From assembly GCA_020891255.1 (NCBI GenBank), contig BQFW01000007.1, positions 1,364,001 through 1,428,000 of the forward strand: a DNA stretch of 64,000 nt, read 5' to 3'. Below, in pieces: positions 1 through 9,372 of this stretch. The position numbers and the translations under genes were made by a program. The notes below the pieces were generated by a model that saw only the letters and a list, made by a program, of their open reading frames with translations, did no database searches and was not told the origin of the DNA. The first letter of the stretch is position 1. Every line of letters starts with the position of its first letter. The stretch is from Entomortierella parvispora E1425. Lineage: Eukaryota > Fungi > Mortierellomycota.

Positions 1-1
1 T

Positions 2-436
2 ATGCTTCACTTTTTGAAACCAATTCCCGATAGGGGTTATCACCCCAACAAGGACAAGACGGTACCACTGCTGCAAGACAAGCGGTTCGAGTCTGCTCGG
101 AGAAAGTCCGTCTCTTCTGGGTATATCAGGACAGGCAAAAACGGGGATAGAGAGGATGGCACGACGGACCATGTCGTGTTTGATTCATCAATGTTTTCGA
201 ATTCGACCCCGTCCATCCTTTTACCACCAGCATTTGATACCCTGTCATCCTCCTCCTCTTTGCACCATCCGGTTCCAGCTTTGCCAAGGTCATCAAGACC
301 GATGTCTTCGCTGATGGATATCGAAGGAACATTGGTCCCGAACATGACAAGGCGGTCAGAGATCCATCACCTTGACCAGCCGTATATGGATTCCAGGCAC
401 ACAAAGACGGGCCATTGGCACATGTATGACCAATAA
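2..436 (+). CDS. 3' end of a gene entering from the left; low-complexity Ser/Pro-rich C-terminal tail, product unknown
   Basis: Frame open from the window edge to TAA at 434-436; composition resembles a disordered C-terminus; no recognisable domain. Confidence 0.5.
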   Translation: MLHFLKPIPDRGYHPNKDKTVPLLQDKRFESARRKSVSSGYIRTGKNGDREDGTTDHVVFDSSMFSNSTPSILLPPAFDTLSSSSSLHHPVPALPRSSRPMSSLMDIEGTLVPNMTRRSEIHHLDQPYMDSRHTKTGHWHMYDQ

Positions 437-653
437 AAAAGGCAACATGAAAATCCTCTTGGTATCACTCTGGACAAATGCTTGATCAGGCACCGTCTTC
501 TTTATTGACATCTTTGTTTTCCAGAATAACCAAAGATGCAGAAATGAGTATGTACATTCTCGCGCTGAGAAAAAAACCATGGAGCGCCAGGATCTTGAGG
601 TTAGGACCTTGAGATTATATTGGAACGGGCTAGTCAATTCGGTCATCCTGGTC

Positions 654-2560
654 CTATACGCTGCTACTACCATCGTCAACTGTGCGAATATGACTCAGCT
701 GAATATCCAATGCTGGTCTGTACGTCTGAATCTCTTGCGCTTGGGAGACCGACATGCCGTACCCACCCTTGATCATCAACCTTTCCAACATCTTCATGGG
801 CATCGAAGTAGCCACTGTTTCCTCGTGGGTCGTGCCATCCATATTCTGGCTTTGAAGGCCACTCAGCCAATCAATCTCTGGTTTTCTCAGTGGTTTCTCA
901 AGTCCTGTCCATTCCAAGGTCCGAAGTCGATCCAGTTGACCTAATCTCCAGAGTCCCGTGGACAGTGTTAATGGCAGGCGTAAGTCTCGCATGTGCAACG
1001 ACTCCAGATCCGAGAGACGCTCAATTTGGCTATAGATCTGCTTCAGGATCAATTGGCGCCTGTACTCTTGAGCAGAGTGGACGTCGGGCGACGGAGGAAT
1101 GTTGCCATGAGGTTGTGATGTGGATGACGTCCCAGAGAAGGATGTGAGTCCGTCCATTGTATCCAAGTCTGTCTCGTCTATCGCCTCAGGTGCCGGTAAT
1201 TGCATGGGTGCTCCAAGGATCTGGTATTCGAGGTGTGGATCAAAAAAGCCGGCGGCTGTGGGAAGAACCGACTGTGTTGCCATTGCACCAACGCCTCCTA
1301 ACAACGGCTCACTGATTGTGTTTGTCATTCCAAACTCGATCAGGATCTGATGAAGACTGTTGAGTGAAAACTGAAGCTCCTTTAGCTTTAAACACTTCCA
1401 GAGTCGATGAAAGAACACGGCTGCAGTGACCCGGTGACAGTACAGAAAAGACACGGATGTGAGCGATGCGCAAGTCGTCAGTAGGTGTCGGAGACCGCTA
1501 TCAGACATGTGTGCGCAGCAGTTAAGGACAACCGTATGCAGGTCTGGGTTGTTGTCAGCGAGAAAGGTGAGCGCCCTGTCCTCGACCCTGGTTGACATCA
1601 GGTTGACGTCCTGGAGATGCCGAGAATGCTCAAACAAGGCTTCGAACCCCACCGATTCGATTTGATTACAGTTTGAAAAGTTGACGATGGTCAACTCTGT
1701 CCATTGATGATCGACTGTGAGTGACGGTAATGATCTCAGTGAATCGCCTTTGTCCTCAGACTCCTTTGAATAGGAGATATCCAGGGCCTCGCACCATCGG
1801 ACCAATCCTCTGTGAGTTAAGGAGCGGTTACCCGAGACGGTCAGGACTTGGATGTGAGGAGATGTTTTTGTGATCTGAAAGAGCGCCTCATCCGTCATCA
1901 GATGAGTTTCCGTCATGTCCAGATACCGTAGGTTTTTAGACCCTTGAAACGAAGGTTGGAAATAGCGATTGTCCTCAGGATGAGATCCTTGTAGCCTGGG
2001 GACTGAGAGTCGCTCCAGTTTTTGAAGATGGATAGCTGCCTCCAGTAGATCAGAGATGTTCCAGCTCGCCTCCAATTCCAGTAGGTTGGGTGTGTACTCT
2101 AAGGCTGCAACGAGCTGAGGACATAAATGTGTCTTCAGAGGTGAAAAAAAAAGGATGAATGTAGTTAGTCTTTCAAGTTGACTCTGGAGACGATAAAGGA
2201 GATGCGATAGCGTGTTCTTACAAATGATCTTGCAACAGTCAGGCGCTGACAATAGATACCACAACGAACCACACCAAGTTCGAAGCTGGTCATGTTGAAC
2301 CCCAGTACGCCAATGTGGACATCGTTGTAGAGAATAGGGCAGCAGATTGAATGCCAGGTCCTATTGATTCTACTTGCGCGCGCAAGACTGGCCTTGCAGA
2401 GATACGAGGCAATACAGCTGGCAATCTCGGGCAATTCGACCGGCGACAGGACCTTCCTCTGTGTGATATAAGGATGGGAAAAGTTGGCGGTGCTCATACT
2501 TGGAGATGCCATGGTCAAGAGAGCTGGAGGCGACAAACAGGCGAGAGTTTCCAGAGCCAT
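654..2560 (-). CDS. F-box / LRR (RNI-like, FBXL-type) protein, 2 exons (2560-2222, 2132-654)
   Basis: F-box-like LPEIASCIASYLCKASLARASRINRTWHSIC in exon 1; intron 2221-2133 (GTAAGA...CTAAC...AG) joins in frame; AMN1/FBXL-type repeats (LRYLDMTET, LTIVNFSNCNQI, LQDVNLMSTRV, LHTVVLNCCAHM, LTSVSFLYCHRV). Confidence 0.85.
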
Positions 2561-2715
2561 GGAGTGCAGACGGGGAAGGAATGCAAATGCAATGCTCTAG
2601 CAGAGAAGGAGAAGAATGCAAGTAGAGTGAAAGTGCGGGGATGAAGAGACCAATGAGGAAGAACGAGGAAGGGTATTCAATAAAAGAAAGAGAAAGGCGA
2701 GTGCAAGCAGGAAAG

Positions 2716-2743
2716 GAACGAACGAACGAACGAACGAACGAAC
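2716..2743. repeat. (GAAC)7 microsatellite; a short GTG(C/T)GAG tandem repeat lies nearby at about 2839-2865
   Basis: Read directly from the sequence upstream of the F-box gene. Confidence 0.9.
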
Positions 2744-3389
2744 AAAAGAAGGCAGGCAAGTATAAATAGCCGTAGGCCGATGAAGAAAGAGCTGATCTGC
2801 ACACCCTGCCCACGGACACAGTTTTTCAGCGAGGTGGAGGTGCGAGGTGCGAGGTGTGAGGTGTGAGAGCAAGAGCTTCTTTTCGATGGGAGCATTGCAC
2901 AGTCGGTCTGTCCAGGGCTTGCTCCTTCTTCCTCTGCACCCTCTTCCCTTCCTTTTCTTTTCTTTCCTCCCTCGCCCAGTCTGTCAAGCTATCTGTCCCT
3001 CTCTCTCTCATGCCTCCCTCCCTTCCTTTCGCTGCTGCCGCCAGGCTACGCTCTCTCAGAACACACACAGGTACAGCGAGTGTCGACTCTGCCCCTGTTC
3101 CTTGAGAGACGCATGGCTTTTGGTTCCACCTTCTTCGAGGCGAGGTGACTGCAACGCCTCAACTCTGTTTCCGCACAGACTTGTTTTTTTGTGGCCACAA
3201 GGTCACAACGACGCGGCGCACAATCACAATCACAACTTCATCCATTCGTCCCATCCCTCCTCATCCTCTCCATCACGTCATTCCAACACGGTAAAGCCTG
3301 GATCATTTTTCCGACCTTTACAACTATTACAGGAACGTGCTGTTCTAAAAGGCAACATGTCTTCAGTAAAGCAAGAAGGCGGTGCCGTT

Positions 3390-4571
3390 TTACTTTTCAA
3401 ACATGGACATGATGGATCTTTCCTCATATCCTACCAAGCTTCTAACTGCGGGGTTATCCATACCAAAGGGGCTGGACTTCACTGGCGACTTCTTTTTCGA
3501 TGCATTGGACTGCAGCGTATGGTCTTCATCGTTCACTTGGAGCGGATAAGGCCAATGTGTCGAAGTTTTGAAATTCGTATAGGCCTTCTGTCGCTGTAAA
3601 AGTTCAGACTTTGGTGCACTGCCTCTGGGCAACATGCAGATATAAGAGACTGCCCTCGTACGACCATCTGCCGTGGGTGGTCTGTTGCAATGGATAAGAC
3701 GCGAGTCCCAAAGCAGTAAACATCCTGCAGGTGTTCTCAGGACGGCAGCATTTTTGGGATCCACCTCGGCAAAAGTGGATCGGATCCTATACCAGTCATC
3801 ACTCGTTTTAGCCTTCTCATCTCGCTCAGTCCAGTCAATCGTGTGCGTTCTTGGATACACGACCAATCCACCGTCGCCTGGGCCTGTGTTTGGGAGCATG
3901 CTGTACAATCCCTGGATGCAGATCCGGTCTTGTCGTGAAGGTTTTTGATCACGATGAGGCCACATCTGATAACGTCCCGTTGTGTGGACCAAACCCAGCT
4001 TGTCCGCCCCTATCTTGACGGATGCTGGATGCAAAGATGCCGGACTTGCTGCTGCTATCTTGACCTCTACTGATCGGCCTTCCTCTCCATCGCCATGTCC
4101 ATATGGGATCTGCACTGTCCTGGTTTCGAGTTCGCTCTCGCCCTCTCCGACTGCGTTATGGGCATAGCGTGGGTTCGGAATCATGTTGGCACCATCAAAG
4201 CTGGTCAACAGTTTGGTAGCAGGAACTTCCCACACATTTGCAAAAGTCTGGACTACGTTTGGTTCAATGCGCGCTTTCCATGCAAACTCTGCTTGACCGA
4301 CACCAAATCCAAATACAATCCCATGCATCTGTTGTGGCCAAGTGGAGGCTAAATTCCAGGTGGAGGGATCATTGCGTGAGATCCCTGACCCAAGGTTCTC
4401 GAGAAAGGTCCAAAACTCAGAGTATCTTGCTTGGGCCTCTGCCGCGCTTGTCACCTGCACGGCAACATACCCCTCTGCTTTCAAGTAGTCTTGGATCTCG
4501 TCTGTCTGAGAAGGGTCAAATACCGGTGGGTACACATTGGGGATGTCGTTTGGATTGTTCACAAAGGACAT
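3390..4571 (-). CDS. Phytanoyl-CoA dioxygenase (PhyH)-like Fe(II)/2-oxoglutarate dioxygenase, intronless
   Basis: HxD motif in WPHRDQ, CIQGL, GDGGLVVYPRTH, distal His in LLWDSRLIHCN and GRTRAVSYICM; ATG at 4571 (MSFVNNP). Confidence 0.85.
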   Translation of the reverse strand: MSFVNNPNDIPNVYPPVFDPSQTDEIQDYLKAEGYVAVQVTSAAEAQARYSEFWTFLENLGSGISRNDPSTWNLASTWPQQMHGIVFGFGVGQAEFAWKARIEPNVVQTFANVWEVPATKLLTSFDGANMIPNPRYAHNAVGEGESELETRTVQIPYGHGDGEEGRSVEVKIAAASPASLHPASVKIGADKLGLVHTTGRYQMWPHRDQKPSRQDRICIQGLYSMLPNTGPGDGGLVVYPRTHTIDWTERDEKAKTSDDWYRIRSTFAEVDPKNAAVLRTPAGCLLLWDSRLIHCNRPPTADGRTRAVSYICMLPRGSAPKSELLQRQKAYTNFKTSTHWPYPLQVNDEDHTLQSNASKKKSPVKSSPFGMDNPAVRSLVGYEERSIMSMFEK

Positions 4572-4902
4572 TTTTGACGTTATTCGTTTGCTGGAAAGAA
4601 AGGGAATGGACGAAAGGTAATGAGAGAAAGGAATGAGAGGAAGGAATGAAGGGATGCAATTCGAATGCTGCGGCAACAACAAGAAACAAGGATGAAAAAA
4701 TGCACAGCCTCCATCATCTGCGCCGCCGCGTTGTTTCTCGACAGAGGCAAAAGCCCAACAATAAACATTCTGGAGAACCTTACAACGCATCTATGGCTCG
4801 CGTGTTTGCTCTTCGTTCTATGCCAATGGCATTGCACCTTGTACATGTACAGAAATTCAAGAAATGGTGGCGTTACGTGTCAATTTTATTGTTGGGTCAT
4901 CT

Positions 4903-7131
4903 TTACTCCATTTTCTCGTCTGCATCAACAACAGCACTAGCAACGGGCATAGAAAACACAAGACAGCGTTCCGAGTCCTGGTTGTCCTTCAAGGCGCGCT
5001 CAAAATTCATGAATGAAAAGATCTCTCGGACACGCGATCCCATTCCACTTCCAATCTCCAAGATCACATACGCGCCCTTTGCCATGATGCAACTTGTTTC
5101 CTTGGTCGTCTCTCCAGCCGCTGGCTGTCGTTTCTGCCAATCCAACAAGAGACTGTTGGCCAAAAGCTCGTAAGCTCCATACCCACCCTTTTCTGCAAAG
5201 AGCGCTACGGAGGGTTCATGTTCTGTGCCCGCAAAGGTTTTCTTCAGTCTGGTGGCCTTGCTGCTGTCCAAATACGGCGGGTTGCAGACAAGAATATTAA
5301 ATTCCTGAAAGATATTGCAAGAAGCCTGCAGGTTGCCGAGATCACCGTGCTGAAAAGTGGCCCGATTTGTCATGTTATGAAGCGCCATGTTGATCTGTGC
5401 GACATTGAGAGCCTCCTCACTAATGTCCACACCGAGCCCGCTCGAAGATGAAGGGAGAGAGTGAAGAAGGGCGAGAAGCAGACAACCACTGCCTGTACCG
5501 ACGTCGAGGACTTTGATGGGGGACGGCAAGTTTTGAGAGTAATCTATGGCGGCTTGCACGAGCGTCTCAGTACTGGGTCGTGGGATGAGTGTTGCTGGGG
5601 AGACCTTGAATCTCAGTCCACAGAAATCCTGACAGAGATGAAAAAAAAAGTATGATATTGGCACAAGGTCCTATAAATTCATCGAATCTACGAAGGACAG
5701 AGGGTACTCTTACCTTTTCACCGACCATGTAGGCGATAGGCAGATCGGCTTTCCGATCGTAATTCTCTCCTGCATCCTCTAAACCTCCTCGACGAAGTTC
5801 ATCGCGTTCGTCCGCCTTTCGTTTAAGTCTCGCCTTTTGCTCCCTAATCCTCAACTGCTCAAACTTCCCAGGCTCCTCCATCTCTACAGAAACCGTTTGC
5901 GTTTCCTTGGAAGGATGCAGAAATTCCATCTTGACCAAAGCCGACATGAGTCCCTTGTTCCTATTGGCTTTCAACGGTCGAGTGTTGCCACTGTCGCCTA
6001 CCATTGGATGTCCTGCTGCCATTAGGTATCGACGAATGTTGACACCCATCGAAGCTTTGGAGGGCCGGATCTCCAAAGTTGAGAGGTGTCCTGCTTCGTT
6101 GGAGTGGCTGAGCTGAACGACTTCGATGGATTGAATAAAAGACGCATCTTCTAATGTAGAATCAATTGGGATGACACTTCCGGCGCCAAGTAAGTCATCG
6201 ACTGATGCATTTGACGTATCGGCAGAGGGTATCTGTTGCTGTTGTTGCTGTTGTTGTCCCTGATCATCAATGGTTGGTCGAGCCCAAGCTCCATGGCAGA
6301 TAACTCGAAATGTCCGAGAAATTTCTCCCGATCTAAACATCTTTAAAAGTTTTAAGCGCATGTCGACCGTCTTCGCGACCAGCACCTATTCGTCAAGAGT
6401 TCCATAAATGACGGTCATCATTAGTTTCTCAAGATTTTGTGCAAATTTCGACTTATTTCCCAGAATTTTTACACTTACCAGTCCATTGGCAGCCTTCTCC
6501 AGTCCATGAATCGCACATGGAACACGCTGGATTCCTACGGCAGGCGAAATGTTCATTGGGATCTCAAAATCTTCGTCGTCATTGTCTGCTCCTTCTCCTG
6601 CTTCATCGTCGTCCTCGATCAAAAGTTCCTCCACGTCAATGCCTTGTGCCTCCTGATCAACATGGGCGGAGGACGCCTGCAATGAATACGGAAGCATGAA
6701 TCCAAACGCCACCATAGTCCTGCCGGATGGTTTGACCACTACGGCCAATTCCTCATCCTCGTACCGGACGCCCAGCTTTTCCTTTCCATAGACGCTCTTG
6801 TGTGCGGCCCGAACATCAAATCGTAGTTGGACCACATCATTGGTCGCCAAGATTCTTGTCACTTCAGCCAGTTCCCCATTGACCGTAACCTGTCAAATTC
6901 CCAACACCATGCAGTAAAAGAAGATGAAGAGACATGAGTTTTGTGGTTTCTATTACCCTTTCGTCCTACGACTATTTCAGCAATGGATGTGAGGTTACGT
7001 ACCTCTTGCCTCTTGAAGCACTGGCGCATCTGCTCCCGCGACTTGACAATAGCCTTCCATTGACTCAGTACAAACTTCCAGACTCTGTTGCCATGGTCAA
7101 CCTCTGTCACGATAGCTTCCAGGGTCTTCAT
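4903..7131 (-). CDS. Fusion protein: S4 domain + degenerate RluA/RluD-family pseudouridine synthase + PrmC/HemK N5-glutamine methyltransferase; 4 exons (7131-7003, 6889-6479, 6385-5714, 5628-4903)
   Basis: Three phase-0 GT-AG introns give RQE|VTVNG (S4), NGL|VLVAKT (RluA motif II region) and PIAYMVGEK|DFCGLRFKV (PrmC). RluA motifs VVVKPSG, GHPMVGD, EFLHP; PrmC motifs LIPRPSTE, VLDVGTGSGC, NPPY, HEPSVALFA, LEIG. Confidence 0.85.
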
Positions 7132-7554
7132 GGGATTTCTATATGGATGATTGGAGTCAGTGTGTGTGTGTTACTCAACACCAATGCGACAACAAAGAAG
7201 GAAAAAAAAAAAAGGCTCGTGACTGCTGGTCAATTTCAGGCACCAATCGCAGCCGCAGGTCGGCCATGCACGGGAGACAAAGCCGTCAACAAATAACTTC
7301 CGAAAGGAACGAAAGAAAGTTGTCCTTCAACGGTCATCTGAAGTCATAGCACAGCAGTACATTTCTCCATCTTCATCACACCTTACACAGACATAGACAT
7401 TGACACAAATACACAATGCGACAGTAATTATATGTAAAAAAAAATTGTTTAATCTTCATATCGAGCGTCTCTTTAATGAAAAAGAAGACATCGTCTAAGT
7501 TATTAGGACAATATTTCTGTACTCTTTTCAGGATGTGAGAAAAGGTCGAAATAT

Positions 7555-8931
7555 TTATCCGGAACCACCAGAGTAGGCCTTTCCGAAGAAGATGACCTGG
7601 AGCTGATCGTATCCGGACAAGACACCAGCACCGGCAATAGCACGGAGAACGTTGGCACCGGCACCCTTGAAGAGGGACTTGTAACCCTCCTTCTGGACAA
7701 TCTGCTTGAAGGCATCGGCCGAGGACTTGTACTTGACGGCCTCACCAGAGGTCATCATCATTCTGCGGCGGACGGTATCAACGGGGTAGGAAGCGAGACC
7801 AGCCAAGTTGGTGACACCGAATCCGAGAATGAAGGAGGCGAGGAAAGATCCCTGGAGGGAAGAGGGCAACAAGGGCTTGACGGAATCGTAAAGACCGAAG
7901 TACAAACCACGGTAAATGATAATACCGAAAGCAGAGAGAGGGAAACCACGGTAAAGACCGGCAACACCATCGGTGGCAATGGTCTTCTTGTAGACATCAA
8001 TGAGACCGTTGAACTGACGGGCACCGCCGTTCTTGCCCTTGGCATCGTTGGCCAAACGGGTACGGGCGTAGTCCAAAGAGTAGACGAAGAGGAGGGAGCA
8101 GGCACCAGCGGCACCACCGGAGGCGATGTTACCGGCGAACCACTTGGCATAGCCATCGCGCTCCTTCTTGAAGTTGAACATGGCCTTGAAGTAATCCTTG
8201 AAGGCGAAGTTCAAAGCCTGGGTGGGGAAGTAACGGATGACGTTGGCAGTGTTACCTCTCCAGAGGGGCTTGATACCCTCATCAGCAATGACACGCTTGA
8301 AGCAGTCACCGATACCCTTGTAGGGGTGGGAGAGACGGCCAGTCTTGAGCATCTCATCCTGGTTCTGGAGGAGAAGCTTGATACGCTCAATGGGGGCAGC
8401 AGCGGTCTTGGAGACAGCGGCGGAGACACCACCCTGAAGAAGAGAAAAGAAACAAAAGAGAAGAGATAGGATTAGAAATCGATTCGTTTGAAGGTAAAAG
8501 GTTGTGTGAGGTTGAGGTGAGAAAAGTTGAGAAAACTGATCAGGCAGATTCCGAATCTCTTTTCAGGGTCGAGATGGTTCCGAGATGGTTCCGAGATCAG
8601 TCGAGGAGATCTGCAGGTCAACTTTGTCTGTGTCCAACGGTCGTTGTCCACTTGACTCTGCTGCATCTGTGCTGTCTCTATTCTTGATTGTTCCAGTCCA
8701 ATAAAAAAGGGGGGAGGGGGGGGGGACAAACACAGCAAGAAAGGGGAAAAAATCGATGTGGTCGTCTGACTGTCGATAGGAATGATTGTCGTTGTGATCG
8801 TCCGATCGTATCCGTCCAGGGGGCGAAGTAGAATAGAAACCAAGAGAGGAAGAGAGGCATGGGCGACTCACCATGAGGAAATCGGCAGCGAAGGCCTTGG
8901 CGTCCTTTTGCTTCTTGACGGGAGCAGACAT
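7555..8931 (-). CDS. AAC: Mitochondrial ADP/ATP carrier; exons 8931-8872 and 8433-7555
   Basis: DFLM|[51 protein letters not shown] signature, C-terminal GKAYSGGSG; 438-nt first intron (GTGAGT...TTCAG); strong codon bias. Confidence 0.98.
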
Positions 8932-9145
8932 TGTGATGAAGAGTGGGGAGGAAGGGAGAGAGGAGGAACGTCCGGGGGGCCGTTGGAGGTGAGCTTTTAT
9001 TCGGCGGTGGCTGATGTTTACGACGAAGACGATTTTTTTGCAGATTTCGATGTCCGTCCAATTCGAGAACCCGGGGACAGGAAGCATTTGCGATCGAGAC
9101 GATTGCGGTGGTGTCATCATTTTATTTGCACGTGACTCGATTTTT

Positions 9146-9179
<34 letters not shown>

Positions 9180-9372
9180 GGTCTGGCATGCATGGTTCAA
9201 GGCAGCAGTCCTAGCATGTCGCGCAGAAAAGATCACCTTTCCCCATAAGACAAGACATCCTAAGCAACATCACAAACCATCAGAGCCAGCATTCCACAGA
9301 CCGCCGCAGACGACGCTTTCCTCCCCCACCTCTTTAAGGATAGCCACCTTAGCCATACCAGAGACTCAGGAC

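Noticed and set aside
2847-3599. 250-aa plus-strand ORF
   Set aside because: Runs through pyrimidine-rich low-complexity intergenic DNA and antisense to the dioxygenase 3' end; no coding signature
8434-8871. Intronic snoRNA in the long AAC first intron
   Set aside because: No properly placed C (RUGAUGA)/D (CUGA) or H/ACA boxes seen; only a short direct repeat (CTCGGAACCAT x2)
9147-9178. Long poly-T run (and similar A/T runs throughout) as retro-insertion tails
   Set aside because: Such runs occur in most promoters and introns of this window, without target-site duplications or element bodies
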